From positions 54,562,001-54,626,000 of the forward strand of contig NC_058382.1 in the NCBI RefSeq assembly GCF_018350175.1: a stretch of DNA of 64,000 bases, read 5' to 3'. How positions within the stretch are numbered: position 1 is the first letter of the stretch; each line of letters begins with the position of its first letter. The stretch comes from Felis catus. Lineage: Eukaryota. Under the pieces are notes generated by a model. The model did not search any database and was not told the origin of the DNA. It saw only the letters and a list, made by a program, of their open reading frames with translations. Both the position numbers and the translations under genes were made by a program. This document shows, in pieces, positions 37,501 to 50,484 of the stretch.

Positions 37501-38680
37501 TCCCAGTGCCCTAAGTATCTGAGTAACTTACTTTTCATTTTTAACTACAACTATTTAGTGATATGTGGCTGCTGCATGCTATACAAGTTCGCCACCACAG
37601 AATCAGCCTGAACACAACCACTGCCTTATTTGATGATCCTTGCTTATTTTCATGCAGTATTTGCTTCAGAGACACATTACCCAAGGTAACACAGTGAGAT
37701 CTAATATTGGAACTGTTAATTCCATTGAGCTGTCAGTTGTGTGCGGTCCAAAAGAGGTCAAAAATTTAAAATGTCCCACAGCACCCCCATGGCACTAGGG
37801 TGTATAAGATGGGAACTATGGAAACAGAAAAAGATTTCTTAGAGAAGATACAATGTTCTATATATAAATATTATAACTTGCACTTGTTAAAAATTAAAAG
37901 CTTTTCAAAAAAAAAACACACACAAGAAAATTAAAAGGCAACATCACAAAATATGACAAAATACTCACAAAAAATAGCCCTGAAAAAGGATTTGAATCTA
38001 GAATATATAGAACCCAAATAAATTTGATAAAGGCTTGACTAGAGACTAAACAACAACAACAAAAAAACGTGAGTGGCAAAAAGCATGTGGAAGGGTGTTC
38101 AACAGTAATTTGTCATTAGGGAAAGATAAGTTAAAACCACAGTGAGATGTGCAGTGTCTACAAACTCTCATACTGCTAGTGAGAATGTCAAATGGTACAA
38201 CCACTTTATAAGAAACTGCCAGTTTCCCAAAGTTAAACATATACTTACTACGCGTAAGCCAGAAATTCCACTTCTACATATACTTACCCAAGAGAAATGA
38301 AGACATCTACAAAAAAGACTTATACAAAAAAGTTTATAGTAGCTTTATTTCTAACAGCCAAAAACTGGAAATAATACAGACATCCATCAACAGGGGAAAG
38401 ATTAAAGTGTTACACAATGGTACACTATTCAACAAAATATGAACAGCAGGTCACAATATAAATAAATCTCAAAATCATGATACTGGACAAAAGAAGCCAG
38501 ACATAAACTGTGGTTCCTTTTGAATGAAGTTAAATAGACAACACTAATCTATGGTGATAAATCAGAGAAGAGGTTGTCTTGAGAAGGCTTTTAATGGGCA
38601 AGGTTTATAAAGTGTTTGTCAAAACTCATGGAATTGTACATACATCATGCGTTTTCACTGTATGTAAATTGTGCATTAAT
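34600..38680 (+). mobile_element. Degraded old L1 fragments in GCSH intron 3, interrupted by SINEs (about 36226-36448 -, 36803-36965 +); another SINE at about 34278-34445 (+)
   Basis: A-rich + strand with L1 ORF2-like remnants (MIKTLSKL...PLLFNITL...AIRQ..EIK at 37064-37315) and L1 3' motifs. Confidence 0.75.
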
Positions 38681-39734
38681 TTTATAAGCACCTTTAGCAG
38701 AAAGTTTAAAGAGAGCATTCATTAGTTTAGGGATACTTATGTTAATAGAAGTTTTTTCAGCACAGAAAGCAAGTTCGTGCTGCTCACTTGCTGGGAAAAG
38801 ATGTTTGGAAACAGGATCTCCTGCTTGAGACAGCAGAGTGGATCACAGTAAATAAAACACCATAAAAGAAAATAACAACTGCTCTCATGTATAGAACGAA
38901 GAAAAATGGACACAGATTATCAATCACAAGGGTCTTATGATATCGGAAAAGGTTCCTACGAAGACCTTCAAAAAGAGGGATAGGACTACTGAGAGCCAGG
39001 AAGCAGAAAAAGTTCAAGCAAGATAAATAATGGGGCAAGTTTCAGCAGAAAAACTTACGGCCAATACTGTCAAAGAGATTTAGAAAAACAGATACTTCAA
39101 TTCTGTAGGGCTGTCTTCTATATGTCACAGAGCCCATAAATAATGTACCTGGTCCTACTAACATTATCAAGCACTCATCTTATGTTAAACATTATGCTTA
39201 ATTTCACCTTAATCTTTAAACAACTGTGAGGTAGCTATTATTATTATTATCATCCCAACTTAAAGATGAGACTCAAATTAATTTCACCAAAATTACACAG
39301 CTGATACATTGTGGGGTCAGGATTTAGAATGAGTTTCTGACTCCTGAGCCCACTCTTTCCTGATACTCTTTACTGCCTCTAAAGAAAAACAGATTTTACC
39401 TTCTCATCCTACTTTTGGGTCTGGCCATTTGAGAAAGTGATGCTTGAAGATTTTGCTGCCATTTTGTGACCTCTGACACAAAGAGGCAGAAACAGTAGGA
39501 AAGGAAGTCATGCCCTTGATGAACCTCCACTGTGCCAATAAGCCAATCCTGTATCCACCTATCTCCAGACCTCTTGAAGGAGATATAATAAACCTCAACT
39601 GTTAAATCTACTTTTAGATGAGTTTTCTGTTACTTGAGTAAAAAGCACTCTAACTGACCCTAGGTGCAAACAAGTTATTATTCAAGGTAAAGAAAACTTA
39701 AGGCATGAATCATATACCAAGATGAGAAAAATAC

Positions 39735-39798
39735 CTTGCTTGTTCAATTTTGTCCCAACTTCAGGCAGACTACAGTAAACAACATCTCCCAAAGCTTC
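39735..39798 (-). CDS. GCSH: GCSH exon 3
   Basis: 64 nt, [21 protein letters not shown]. Acceptor ttttag, donor gtattt. Confidence 0.96.
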
Positions 39799-40986
39799 CT
39801 AAAACAAACAAAACAGTAACCTTTAAGAAATCAAATCAAACCTCCTAGTGAATAGAAACAAGCCAAACACCAATACTCTATCATTCAGATAGGGCATATT
39901 TTACACTTGAGGGGCCGCATTCTTTGGTTTTTCTCACAACTTTAAAAATGCAGAACTATTTTTAGCTCAGGCCACCAAAAAAACAGGCCACCCGTTAGAC
40001 TGGCCCACAGGCAGCAGTGACTCTGATCACAACCTCCACCCCCCCACATACTAGAGCTCCTCCGAGAAGAAACACACCTTGTGCTTTTTCACCTTTGCAG
40101 TTTTGCTTAGGCCATCTCCCCTCCTGTATTTGCCGAAATCCTACCTACTGATCTGCAAATCATAGTCCTCAAGCCTTGGACTCCATGAAGACCTTGACTC
40201 TGTTTGTTAAGAAGGGAGCTCCCCATCAGGTCAGTGAGTTACAACCCTGTACTATTCATGCCATCCATCTTGTGATGCTTTGTACGTTGTCTTCCATGTA
40301 GGAGATTCCCCTCATAAACTCCAGGAGGGGAAGACGACACTTGTACAGTATTGTACACAGCACGCTGCTGTACGGGCCTCAGTAGGTATGCAGAAATGCC
40401 AGTGAAGATACAGTTGCCATTGATTCTCAGTGCCCCCTTTCCCCTTTCAGCCCCACCCTACACACGGACCCAGTGGAAAAATCATGGACTCATACTGTTA
40501 CTTGCCTTCTCATTTTCTTCTGCATCATTTCTCAATAAGGGATCAGTGGGAGATTAAGAGAAAAAGATTGGCTAAATAAAGGGTTCCGCCTTGGTCCAAT
40601 CTGTGCCAATTTAGGTTCTCCTTCTGGAGCGTGTATTCACATGGATCCATGGATCCATGGATCATGGATGCTCCACAGGATCTACAAAACACTGTCAACA
40701 CTCTAGCCCTTTACTTGCTCTTACTCTCTCCTTAACTACCCCAAATGGAACAAACATCTCTTTCCTGAATAAGGTATGTTTACTTTTAAGTGTTAACCTT
40801 TCAGTAATCTCTTAAGACACTATATACTGCCCTAACTAAATTACATTTTTACTTGCTTCACCTATGATTGATGTTCTTGAAAGAACTCAAAATACTAAGG
40901 GACAGAATAAACAATTTTTAAAAGGTAGAGACAACCCAAATTAGGCAAGCGCAGACTGTTTTAAATATTTCAAGACGATCCAGTAC

Positions 40987-41066
40987 CTGTGCAAAATTGC
41001 TGATTCCCACTGTTCCAATACCATTTTCTGTTGTTATCCATTCATGTTTGTCTGTGAATTTACGCA
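40987..41066 (-). CDS. GCSH: GCSH exon 2
   Basis: 80 nt, (V)[26 protein letters not shown]. Acceptor ctgttttag, donor gtactg. Confidence 0.96.
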
Positions 41067-44000
41067 CTAAAACAGAAGACCAGTATTTCAGAAAAGCAGT
41101 GGCACCACTTGTTAAAAAGCACTTTTGGTATCAATGCTGCCTAAAGGCAAGACTTTCCCAGTATTTGTGTTTGACTTACTGACCCTGCCTTTCAGTACAC
41201 TGCCCAGGAAAAACCAGATCTTGTGAAGACAGAACATCTTCTCAACAACAGGATCATTTAGACGAAGGTGGCTCGATGTGAACACCTGGTGCATCTTTTG
41301 GAGATTTGATTATTCCGACATTAGTCTAAATCACACATATAAACGATTTTGGGGCACATTTCAAAGTATACTTATCTATTAGTGATCTGTGTTACAGAAT
41401 GTAGTCTGTTCCTCTATAGACGGATGTGGGTGAGGGAACATAAATGCTTATAATACTTATAAATGCTCATAAATGACTTAACCTAAAAAAAAAAAAAAAA
41501 ATGCCTCTTTGGGTAGAGTTGACCTAAGAGGGCTTCACTGCAACTTGGTTATAAGGTGGAATCTTACAGGCATGAAAACCACTTGGATCAAATTATATAA
41601 CTTGACTAAGTTCTTAAGATTTCATTTTAATTGAAATAACCTTGTCCTTGAAGAAAGTGGCTACTGTCATTTAAAGAAACAAAAATTTTTTTAAAGCATA
41701 TGCTATCTTCTTAAATATATATATCATATTCTGAGGCCAAGCATTTTTCCCAAAATAATGCATCAGAAGTTAACGGGAAAATGGTTCACTACCTCAAATC
41801 CTGTTTTAGAGTAAGCCTTGCTGGTTCACTCTTCCCCTTGCCCAAAAGATAGTTGTACTTAAATTGCTTTGATTTCACAGCTCTGATATGCAGCAGAATG
41901 TAACTAGTCCTTTCTTTTTCCCCTAATCATTAAAAAACTTCAATTTCGTATTCTTCACTGGAAGAAGTCGGAATCTGTCACAAAAGAACTTGCTTTGCTT
42001 CATTCCACTTCAAGTAGTTAACTGCTTCAGGTCAATCTGATCTCTCCATGTAAAGTTCATACTTGGTGCTCTGACTGCCACTCTGTCCCGGCACGGCTTT
42101 TTCTGGACTACTTCAAGTTTAGAACCTCTTTCCTGCCAGGAGCCTCTCTAGCCCTCCAAGCTTGGATTCTGGGGCCATCCAACTTACTCCCACAACACTG
42201 CACCAGTCTCCCTGAGTCCTGACCATACAAGCACAGAGCGCCTGAGGAGCTACGCATACAGCCCCTTTGTCAGTTCTCCCCAGGAAGGAGACTGAGTACA
42301 AGGCAAGCGAAAGCATGGTTTATCCCACTTTCACTTGTATTCCCAGTTCTAAACACCGTGCTTGGCAAACAGCACTCAGAACTTGAGGGAGTAAAATAAC
42401 TTTTTAGTTTAGTTTATTAAGTAAAGGAGATTTTGAACAAAATATCTACGTAGGTATTTGGCTACAACACTCACTTCTCCCTGTTACAGCTGTAGAACTG
42501 GCTGATCACAATACCAATTATGAGCAGTTCAAATCCAAATACATCTTTTTAAAGTAAGGGCTGGACAACAGATATGACTTCTCTGAGACAACTGTCTTGA
42601 TTTGGGCCTGGCCATCTTGCCTAATTGTAAAGATAATCTTAGGAGTAAGGCTGCCCTCACTCGGTTTAGCAATTGAGCGACCCCAGGTTTAGAGGAGAGG
42701 CAGCATTAGTAAGGTAAATGCATGAACGTCCACTTAACTTAAAAGTCCCTAAGACATTTTAGTAAACCAAGCTGTTGAGGCTAAAGACCAGAGTTGGTTT
42801 AATTCTCCTTTAACCCTTGGCCCAAAAGGGAAAAAGTGGACAAATTAGGTAAATAATTACTTTCTTACTGAGCATTTAAAAACATCGTTTTGGGCCTCAA
42901 AATGAGGTGTTTTCAGTAATTTATGTGTTTGCATTTTCTTCCTTTCAAAGTCACTATGTGGGGTGCCTTGCTGACTCAGTCAGTAGAGCATGACTCTTGA
43001 TCTCAGGGTCACGAGTTCAAGCCACACATTGAGCATGGAGACTCCCCCCCCCCCCAAAAAAAAGTCCCTTCTAATACCCTAGCCAGATAACCTATATTAA
43101 TATTGGCCAATTATTTTTTATTATTTGATCCTATAATATTTCATAACAAGTAGCATTTACCAAGGGCTTACTATTTGTCAGGCTACTTGTACAGGGAGGT
43201 TACATTTCATTTCATTTCAGCCTCCCAACAACTTTGTGTGGTAGGCATTGTCATTTCCACTTTTCTAATAAGAGACTCAGAAGTTAAGTGACTGCCCCAG
43301 ATCACATAGCTAATAAGAGGTAGAATCAAAATTAGAACTTGGGTCTCGGTTTTAAAAACCTTGGTGTTCAACCAGATCATGGGTATTGATATTTTGGACA
43401 ATATTTAACTAGATGTAACAGTGAATAACCAAAAAAAAAAAAACCAGACTTTAAATTCAATTCTTATCTGAGATATGCTTTCCTCTTGTATGCAAATCGG
43501 TAATTATTGATATGTGTCACCAACAGAACTAAAGGAATATATTAGCAACGAGAGAGTAGCAGCTTTGTTTCAGACTGGAATAAATAAATGTTATCAATTC
43601 TTCCAGTTCCAAACAGGTTTCTGAAACAGTCAATGAGACAACAGCCACAGACCCATTCACCCTAAAGTAAGGAGCCTGAGTTCTTGCAGGTGCAGTTAGT
43701 GTCTCAAGCATTTGCGCACGCAGGAAGAAAACGTTTTCTGCAGCGATAATCGCGCTAAAATATAAAGTATCAGAGATGACCAAGATATTTGTGGGCAGGG
43801 CTCCTGGTTATTTCAGTTTCAAGTCCGTGTGAGGCCTCATTTCTGTCCCAACACATCCACGATTCAATAGACTTGAGCAGAATGTATGAGTCCAAAAGAC
43901 TATCTCACTGTTTTTGGGAAATGGCCAAATCTTCAAAGATATGCTCGCTTTTGCTGGTAAAAATCTAGCTCCCGTGCTTTAATTTCACTAAGTGGTCTTG

Positions 44001-44099
44001 CTTTAATTTGAGTTCAGAGTTCTCAGTGATAGCCCACATAGCAAACTAAAGCCTACTATGTCTCCACTTTTAGGGCCCACGATACACACATATGCAAGA

Positions 44100-45050
44100 T
44101 AACCTAAGGTCGCGAAGGAGCCAAGCGACGCTTGCCCGGTTCTCCAGCAGCGAGCGGTCGCGCGTGTGTGCCAGGCTTCCTCCTCCTGGCTCCCCAGCCC
44201 GCAGGACAAAGGCTGCGGTGTCGGCCACGCCACTTAGGGAGGCAGCATTGGCCACGCAACCGGAGATCCCAGCAGTAGAAAGCGTGGGCAGTGGTCGCCT
44301 CGCTAGACCCGGGTGGTCAGCACAGGAGAGTCGAGGTAAGCACTGACGAGGGGACGGAGGCGCCCAGCCCATTCCCCCGAAGCGGCCGGGCTCACCCCAC
44401 GTGCCCGCCCGCGCTTACCAGACAGCAGAGCGGAGCCCGTGCGCAACGTCCGGACGGCGCCCGCCCTCAGCCCCCAGGGCCGCGGCAGGCAGGGCGCGGC
44501 GGGCGCGGAGGCGGCGCGCAGGCTGCAGGCCGCAGACCGCATGCTCCGCACCGCTCGTAGCGCCATGTTCGCAGAGGTGCGGGGTCGCGGTGCAACGTCT
44601 CGGGAACCCCGGCCGAAGGGGGCGGGGCGGGGCGGGGGGCGCCCCGGACTGGAGCGAGCCGGAGCGAGCCGGCTGGTCTGAGGGGCGGGGGCGGGGCCCG
44701 GGTGTGGAGGGGTGGGGCCTGGCAGGGCAGCGCGCGGGGGCGGGGACTCCAGGCGGGGAGCGACCTCGGATAGGGCGACGCTGGAGAGGGGAGGAGGGCC
44801 TGCGGTCGGGGCTGAGGGCCAGGGGCGGGGCCTACTGCAGCAGGCCGAGCCCTACCGGGCGGTGCCGCGGGTCGCTGGCGGGGCTGGGGCGGGGAACGGG
44901 CGGGGCCTAGTTCCCGGGAGTCAATTTCCCCGCAGTGAAAGTGCAAGGTCAGCAGCTCCAGCTTTGCTAACCTGGGGGACCCGCCCGGGCAGTGAGAAGG
45001 GTTCCGGCAGAGGTGGCTTCGCAGGGCGGGCATTCTCGTGCCATTGGGTC
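44100..45050. promoter_or_regulatory. CpG island, GCSH promoter with clustered GC boxes
   Basis: Very high CpG density. Repeated GGGGCGGGG motifs at about 44618-44910, upstream of the GCSH ATG. Confidence 0.9.
44419..44566 (-). CDS. GCSH: GCSH exon 1 (mitochondrial transit peptide); glycine cleavage system H protein, 173 aa in total
   Basis: [49 protein letters not shown] is Arg-rich and lacks acidic residues. 148 nt, donor G|gtaagc. Exons sum to 148+80+64+132+98=522 nt. Confidence 0.96.
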
Positions 45051-46624
45051 TCTGAGGTCCTGGGAAAGATAGAGTGTCCCCATTCCCGTTAAGTATGCTC
45101 CCGTGCTTCTACAGAGAGAGGATCAAGGTCACCCAGATCGGGACTCATAGCCAGGTCTAAACAGAATCATTCTCAAAGGAGACTGTGGTTGGGTATTGGC
45201 CCAGGTAGCTCTGACACATAGTTTCTGTTTGACTTTGAGAAATACTGGAAACAATCCAGGAGCCCACTTTATTACTTTACGGATCCCAAGAGGCCTGGGT
45301 ACCCCATGCAGGGGACAGACAGAAGCTCCTAGAGAAGCAAAGACTTGTCCAAGGTTCGGGAGTGTCTCCTTGGTGGCGACTGGATGGGAGCCAGTTAGCT
45401 AATGGAGGAGCAATCAAAGGGCAAAGTTGAAACCCAGCATGGTCAGTTCCTTGCTTAAGTAGCCAGCCCTGGGACCAAAGCCTTTCCAGAAAAACAGAAG
45501 TCCTGTCCCCATCCAAGGAGACAGAAAATAATTAAGTTCTGGGAAAGACTTCACCATCAACACAAATTTTATGGCGTGGGCAGGAATCAGTGAAAAAACA
45601 GTGGAGTGAAAAACACCTCAAGCTCCACATCATTATTACAGATTGTCATCTTCACATATTCCTTATTATACACACCTTAAAGCGTGTGTGTGTGTGAGTG
45701 TGTGAAGGGATATTTGGGAGACTTCCATGTTGCACTGAGCTTCCACCCCACTTACAAAATGGGCATTGTTAGCACATCTGTGCAGTGCTTGCAAGGGCTG
45801 TCATGCTCCAGTTTCCTTTTCCTTGCTATATGCCTGGGACTGTGCAAACATTACCTTTTTAATCCTCTCCAAACCCCTTTCTGATACGTATTACTTTCGT
45901 TGCATAGATGAGGAACAGGAGGCTCAGAAAAGTTAATTGACTTGCCCTGGAGTGGAATGGGGAAGACATATCTAGCTTTAGCAGCTGCTAGGTGGCAGTA
46001 GCAGGACTTGACCTCTAGTTGGGCTCACCGTCAACTGCTTGTAAGGTCTGCCACTTGCCTCCCTTTGGGATGCTGACTGGCTCACAGTGGTCTACTCCAG
46101 ACTGCAGATCTTGGCTAGCTTCTCATATCAATATTCTGTTTTTATTGTTGTTTTGTTATAAGCCAATATAGCACAATGCAAACCATGACCTAAAATATTT
46201 ACTCCCAGCTCTACTGATGTATTTGGTGGGAAGAACAAGGTCACATGTCAGTCTGTGACCTGTATCACATGCCCTTCCACCAAAACAATAGGCAGTGTGT
46301 CATTTTTTAAAATCTAATAAGTATTGAGGTTAATCACAAATTATTTTTTTCCTAATTGATAATCATTGTAGCATCCATGGCTTGAGATTTAAAAGGTCAT
46401 CCCACTGCACGTTTGGTACAACCACCTGAAAATTGCCTGTGATCTTTTCTCTCAAGTGTGTCAGAAAGGGTCCACTCATCTCTTTAAGCTTTTTTTCCTC
46501 TCATAGCAATACAGTTGAAGGAGTTGCCAGTTTGATATTTACAGTCAGAAAAGGAGTGGAGACTAGATGAATAACTTACAACTTCTCCAGATCTTAGAGC
46601 TTTTCATATTTAAAACAAATAGAC

Positions 46625-47060
46625 TGGAGTGCCTGGATGGCTAAGTCGGTTAAGCATCTGACTCTTCATTTTAGCTCAGGTTATGGTCTCCCATTTCAGG
46701 AAATTGAGCCCCATGTTGAGCTCTGTGCTGACAAAAGCCTGTTTGGGATCCTCTCTCCCTCTCTCTCTCTAAAAAAGTAAACATTTAAAAAATAGAGGGC
46801 GCCTGGGTGGCGCAGTCGGTTAAGCGTCCGACTTCAGCCAGGTCACGATCTCGCGGTCCGTGAGTTCGAGCCCCGCGTCGGGCTCTGGGCTGATGGCTCA
46901 GAGCCTGGAGCCTGTTTCCGATTCTGTGTCTCCCTCTCTCTCTGCCCCTCCCCCGTTCATGCTCTGTCTCTCTCTGTCCCAAAAATAAATAAACGTTGAA
47001 AAAAAAAATTTTAAAAATAGATAGATAGATAGATAGATAGATAAGTAAATAAATAAAACA
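46625..47060 (+). mobile_element. Older Can-SINE (46625-46790) with a young SINEC_Fc (46797-47015) inserted in its A-tail, followed by (GATA)n
   Basis: Two tandem SINE heads. The second copy is near-identical to those at 22869 and 58156. Confidence 0.88.
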
Positions 47061-47340
47061 GACTGTGTATCTGGGTAGGTTTCTGTACCAGTGTATTGGG
47101 GCCTGTGTTTATACCGTGCTATGGGTTGTCTGATGAGCATCCCTGCACATTTAGCTCACGTTCATGTGTGACACAATAAACAATAGATGGTGGGCTTTCG
47201 GTTGGATAGAAGATGATGAAATCCCCAAGGTTTTGTGTATGTTGCATGTTATGTGGCTCCTTGTGAACGATCCTTTTTTTATATTCAGGGTACGATCCTG
47301 ATTCAACTGTCCTAAAAAGACGTTTAAGCTCTCATCCAGA

Positions 47341-47375
47341 TACACTTGATCTTAGCCAAAAGGCGGAGAAGCGAT
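47341..47375 (-). pseudogene. RNU2: U2 snRNA 5'-fragment (tailless) retropseudogene
   Basis: Reverse complement ATCGCTTCTCCGCCTTTTGGCTAAGATCAAGTGTA equals U2 nt 1-35 with one mismatch. Flanked by direct repeats AAGCT(C/T)TCATCCAGATA at 47326-47342 and 47376-47392. Confidence 0.9.
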
Positions 47376-48074
47376 AAGCTTTCATCCAGATAGAAGCCAG
47401 TAGTTCAGCTCCAGGGTTGATGAAGTCAGTCATCAAGCACTCATGTTCCTCTCATCTTTCTGCTCTGCTGTCTTTGGATTGTTCCCCATGGTGTCAGAGT
47501 AGCTGCACAAGTTCCTAGAGTGTTGCTCAGGCCAGACCATGTCTAGCAGCATAAGATGCCGTCTCTTTGTGTCTCTTTTTATTGGCAAGTAGACCTTTCC
47601 TGGAAGTGTCCTAGAGACTTCAGTTTTCATTGGCTGGAACTGGGTCGTGTGACTACCCCAAATCCCTCATTGTCAAGGGAAATGGATTAGTATCCAAATC
47701 AGGATTTACATTGATGTGGCTACAGGGGCACTTTCCCATGAGTCTCCTGGGAAAGGAGTATATGGCTACGTGATCAAAGTTGGGTTCTGATAGCAAAGAG
47801 GAAAGCATGGAATGGATTTGAGGCAGGCAACCTAGAGGAGGTATGTGTGTGTGTGTTGGGGGCGGGAGATGAGTGAGCTAGAGAGGATATGTGAGGTGCA
47901 CTCCCCTGCACGGGGGAGGGGAAACGTGCCCTTATCCACACAGACACCTAAACACCTTTTATTGTCTAGATCTGTGGTTCTCAGAATTTAGGGCATGGTT
48001 AGCAAGTCTGACTGCACATTGGAATCACCTGGGGAGGCTTTAAAATTATTGATGCCTGGGGGCACCTGGGTGGA

Positions 48075-48635
48075 AATAGGGGTGTTGCAGCTGTGATTAG
48101 TTAAGATGGGGTAATAATGGAGTAGGATGGGCCCTTAATTCATTAGGACCAGAGGGGTGCTTGAGTGGCTCAGCAGGTTAAGTGTCTGACTTTGGCTCGG
48201 GTCATGATTTCTTGGTACAAGAGTTCGAGCCCTGCATCCGGCTCTGTGCTGATAGCTAGGAGCCTGGAGCCTGCTTTAAATTCTGTGTCTCCTTCTCTCT
48301 CTGTCCCTCCTCCACTCACACTCTCTTTCTCTCTCAAAAATAAATGAACATTAACAAAAACTAAGTAGGACTAGAGATCTTATAAGAAGAAGAAAAGAAA
48401 CACGGGGACAGACACACAGGGAGAAGGCCATGTGATAACATAGGCAGAAATTAGAATGATCCATCTACAAGCCAAGGAATACCAAAGGACACTAGAAGTT
48501 AGAAGAAAAGACTCTTCTCCAGAGTCTTTAGAGGGAGTCTGGCCCCATTGACACTTTGATTTGGGGCTTCTGTCCTCTGGGATGGAGACCATAAATTTCA
48601 ATTCGTTTAAGCTACCCAGTTTATGCTACTGTGTT
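48075..48635 (+). mobile_element. MLT1-type LTR interrupted by a Can-SINE (about 48154-48360)
   Basis: gattagttaagatggggt...gaaggccatgtga...tctacaagccaaggaataccaagga motifs on both sides of a SINE. Confidence 0.7.
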
Positions 48636-48809
48636 CCTCTCGAGAGGAAGAGAGAGAGAGAGAGAGGGAGAGCGATGGCCATTAACACCTCTTGGACACA
48701 ATTTGAGAAACCCTGAAATAGAATCATTCAGACGCAATCCCCGACCAACCAAGAAGATGAAGTAGTCCGTAGAGGTCATTTTTTCCCCCAAACTCCAGAC
48801 AGTATTTGT

Positions 48810-48815
48810 TTTATT
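48810..48815 (-). terminator. PKD1L2: Candidate PKD1L2 poly(A) signal AATAAA
   Basis: TTTATT on the + strand, about 190 nt downstream of the PKD1L2 stop. Confidence 0.55.
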
Positions 48816-49001
48816 TCTAGGAGGAAATACATTTGAACAGTCTATGACAATAGTGGCAATTGAATGTACTTAAGCGTATATTTTTCTTATTTTTTTTACT
48901 TGCCAGGCTTGGTGACTTTTCTGTGGACACAGAAAAACATTGGCCTGGAGAGACTGTAGAATCACTGGGAAGCATAGGCCCAAGGCTCTGGCCTTCCCCC
49001 T

Positions 49002-49193
49002 CTATAGATGTTCGTGTGTGGATGAAGAGCTTAGAGCTTGGGTGCAGCTGACACAGGTACAGGGAGGCCGGACCTCTGATAGCAACTCGGGCTGTTTCCT
49101 GCCACTTCCAGGGTCCTCTCTTTTACATTTAATGCCCAGGAAACCGAGTATTTTCGCCAGCAACAAATCGGCAATCTCTCCTTCCTCCGACAG
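49002..49193 (-). CDS. PKD1L2: PKD1L2 terminal coding exon
   Basis: Acceptor ccctctacag. Encodes LSEEGEIADLLLAKILGFLGIKCKREDPGSGRKQPE...EHL* in 192 nt. Confidence 0.88.
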   Translation of the reverse strand: MSEEGEIADLLLAKILGFLGIKCKREDPGSGRKQPELLSEVRPPCTCVSCTQALSSSSTHEHL

Positions 49194-49569
49194 CTGTAGA
49201 GGGAAAAAGAAGCATACGACATACATAGAACCATTCTCTTTGGGGGGTTTCTTCCTTCCTAAGGGGAAACCATGGTTTTATTGTTCAACTTGGTCTCTGC
49301 CAAAGTCACTGCACTGTGTAGAGTCAGTTTTCTGTTGGGATTCCCCTTCTTCTGGGAATCCCAGGGGTGTGTGCTCCCACCTTTACCCTGATGTTTCTTC
49401 TTCTCCTGTGATGAGAATGACAGTATTCCCTCTACCACCCCCAAGAGGGGCTGTTAGGAATGTATGTACAAAGACCCTCATGCGTTGCTGCTGGGAATGT
49501 GAATTGGTGCATCTGCTTTGGGAAATAGCTTGCCGTCTTCTCAAAATTTAAACTTGTTACCATATGACT

Positions 49570-49940
49570 TGTTGAAACAAATTTCTGGGCCCAAGATTGA
49601 GCTGCTCCAGCCTGGGGTGCTGTGACAGCAGACTGAAGCTTAGAGAACTCTTGTGTCCCTGTAAATGCTTCCCTTTATCAGAATACAGTATATCAGGTTA
49701 GCCAACCTCCAAACACCAAGCCACCTCTGAGCCCTATACTTCTTTTCTTTTCCATCTCGCCACAAACGAGATTGACTGTGTGGCCCCAGTCAGTCAGATA
49801 TATTTTCATTTTTCTCTTCCTTGTTCTTTCTTCTTTTATCCTATAAAAGCTTCCTGACTTCCACCCCATTTGTACTTCTCTGAATAGAGACTGTCCACTT
49901 CATGGAGTGTTAAGGTTTGTATCACCTAACTTGTCTGCCT
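49570..49940 (+). mobile_element. LTR-like element in the last PKD1L2 intron
   Basis: Starts with TG and contains a cctataaaagcttcc TATA-like core and LTR-like pyrimidine tracts. Confidence 0.4.
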
Positions 49941-50352
49941 TAATAACTTTTTAAAAGGTTTCAGCCTTGGCTGTATACTAAAATCACCTGAGAAGATTTC
50001 AGAAATACACGTGCTTGGCTCATTCACCCAAGGATTCTGTGTATATTGGTCTCAATGCAGCAGCAGGCATCCCAAAAGCCCCCGCGTGATTCTAATGTAC
50101 ACTCAGGGCTGAGCATCACTGGGGTCATGAACCAAGTGCCACCTTGGGAATCAGGAGACCCGATTCTAGTCTGCCCTTCATTTGTTTGTATTCTTGAGGA
50201 AGGTATTTCCTCCTTCTGGACCTATTTCCCCTCCCATGAAATGAGGGCTTTGAGCTACAGAGGTCTCTCACGTCCCCCTAATGTCTAGTGCTGCTCAGTC
50301 ACTTCCTACTTCAGGGTCAATGACTGTTGAAGAATAAGCCAAAGGGACTCAC

Positions 50353-50484
50353 CTGATCATATTTTTGCTCCTCATTGAAGGCCACCAGGATGACAGAGAT
50401 GAATAGATTCAGCACCACAAATGTCATGAAAATGATGCAGGACCCAATCAGGAAGGAGCCAAGCACTGGGCTGTAGTCCAGGAC
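50353..50484 (-). CDS. PKD1L2: PKD1L2 exon (last transmembrane helix)
   Basis: 132 nt, VLDYSPVLGSFLIGSCIIFMTFVVLNLFISVILVAFNEEQKYDQ, with the polycystin LNLFISVI motif. AG and GTGAGT boundaries. Confidence 0.93.

Noticed and set aside
44070..45092. Several ORFs around GCSH exon 1
   Set aside because: Only 44419-44566 (-) splices into GCSH. The others reflect GC-rich promoter composition.
48940..49551. 203-aa plus-strand ORF
   Set aside because: Antisense to the PKD1L2 terminal exon and ending in an L1-derived fragment (RCCWECELVHLLWE).
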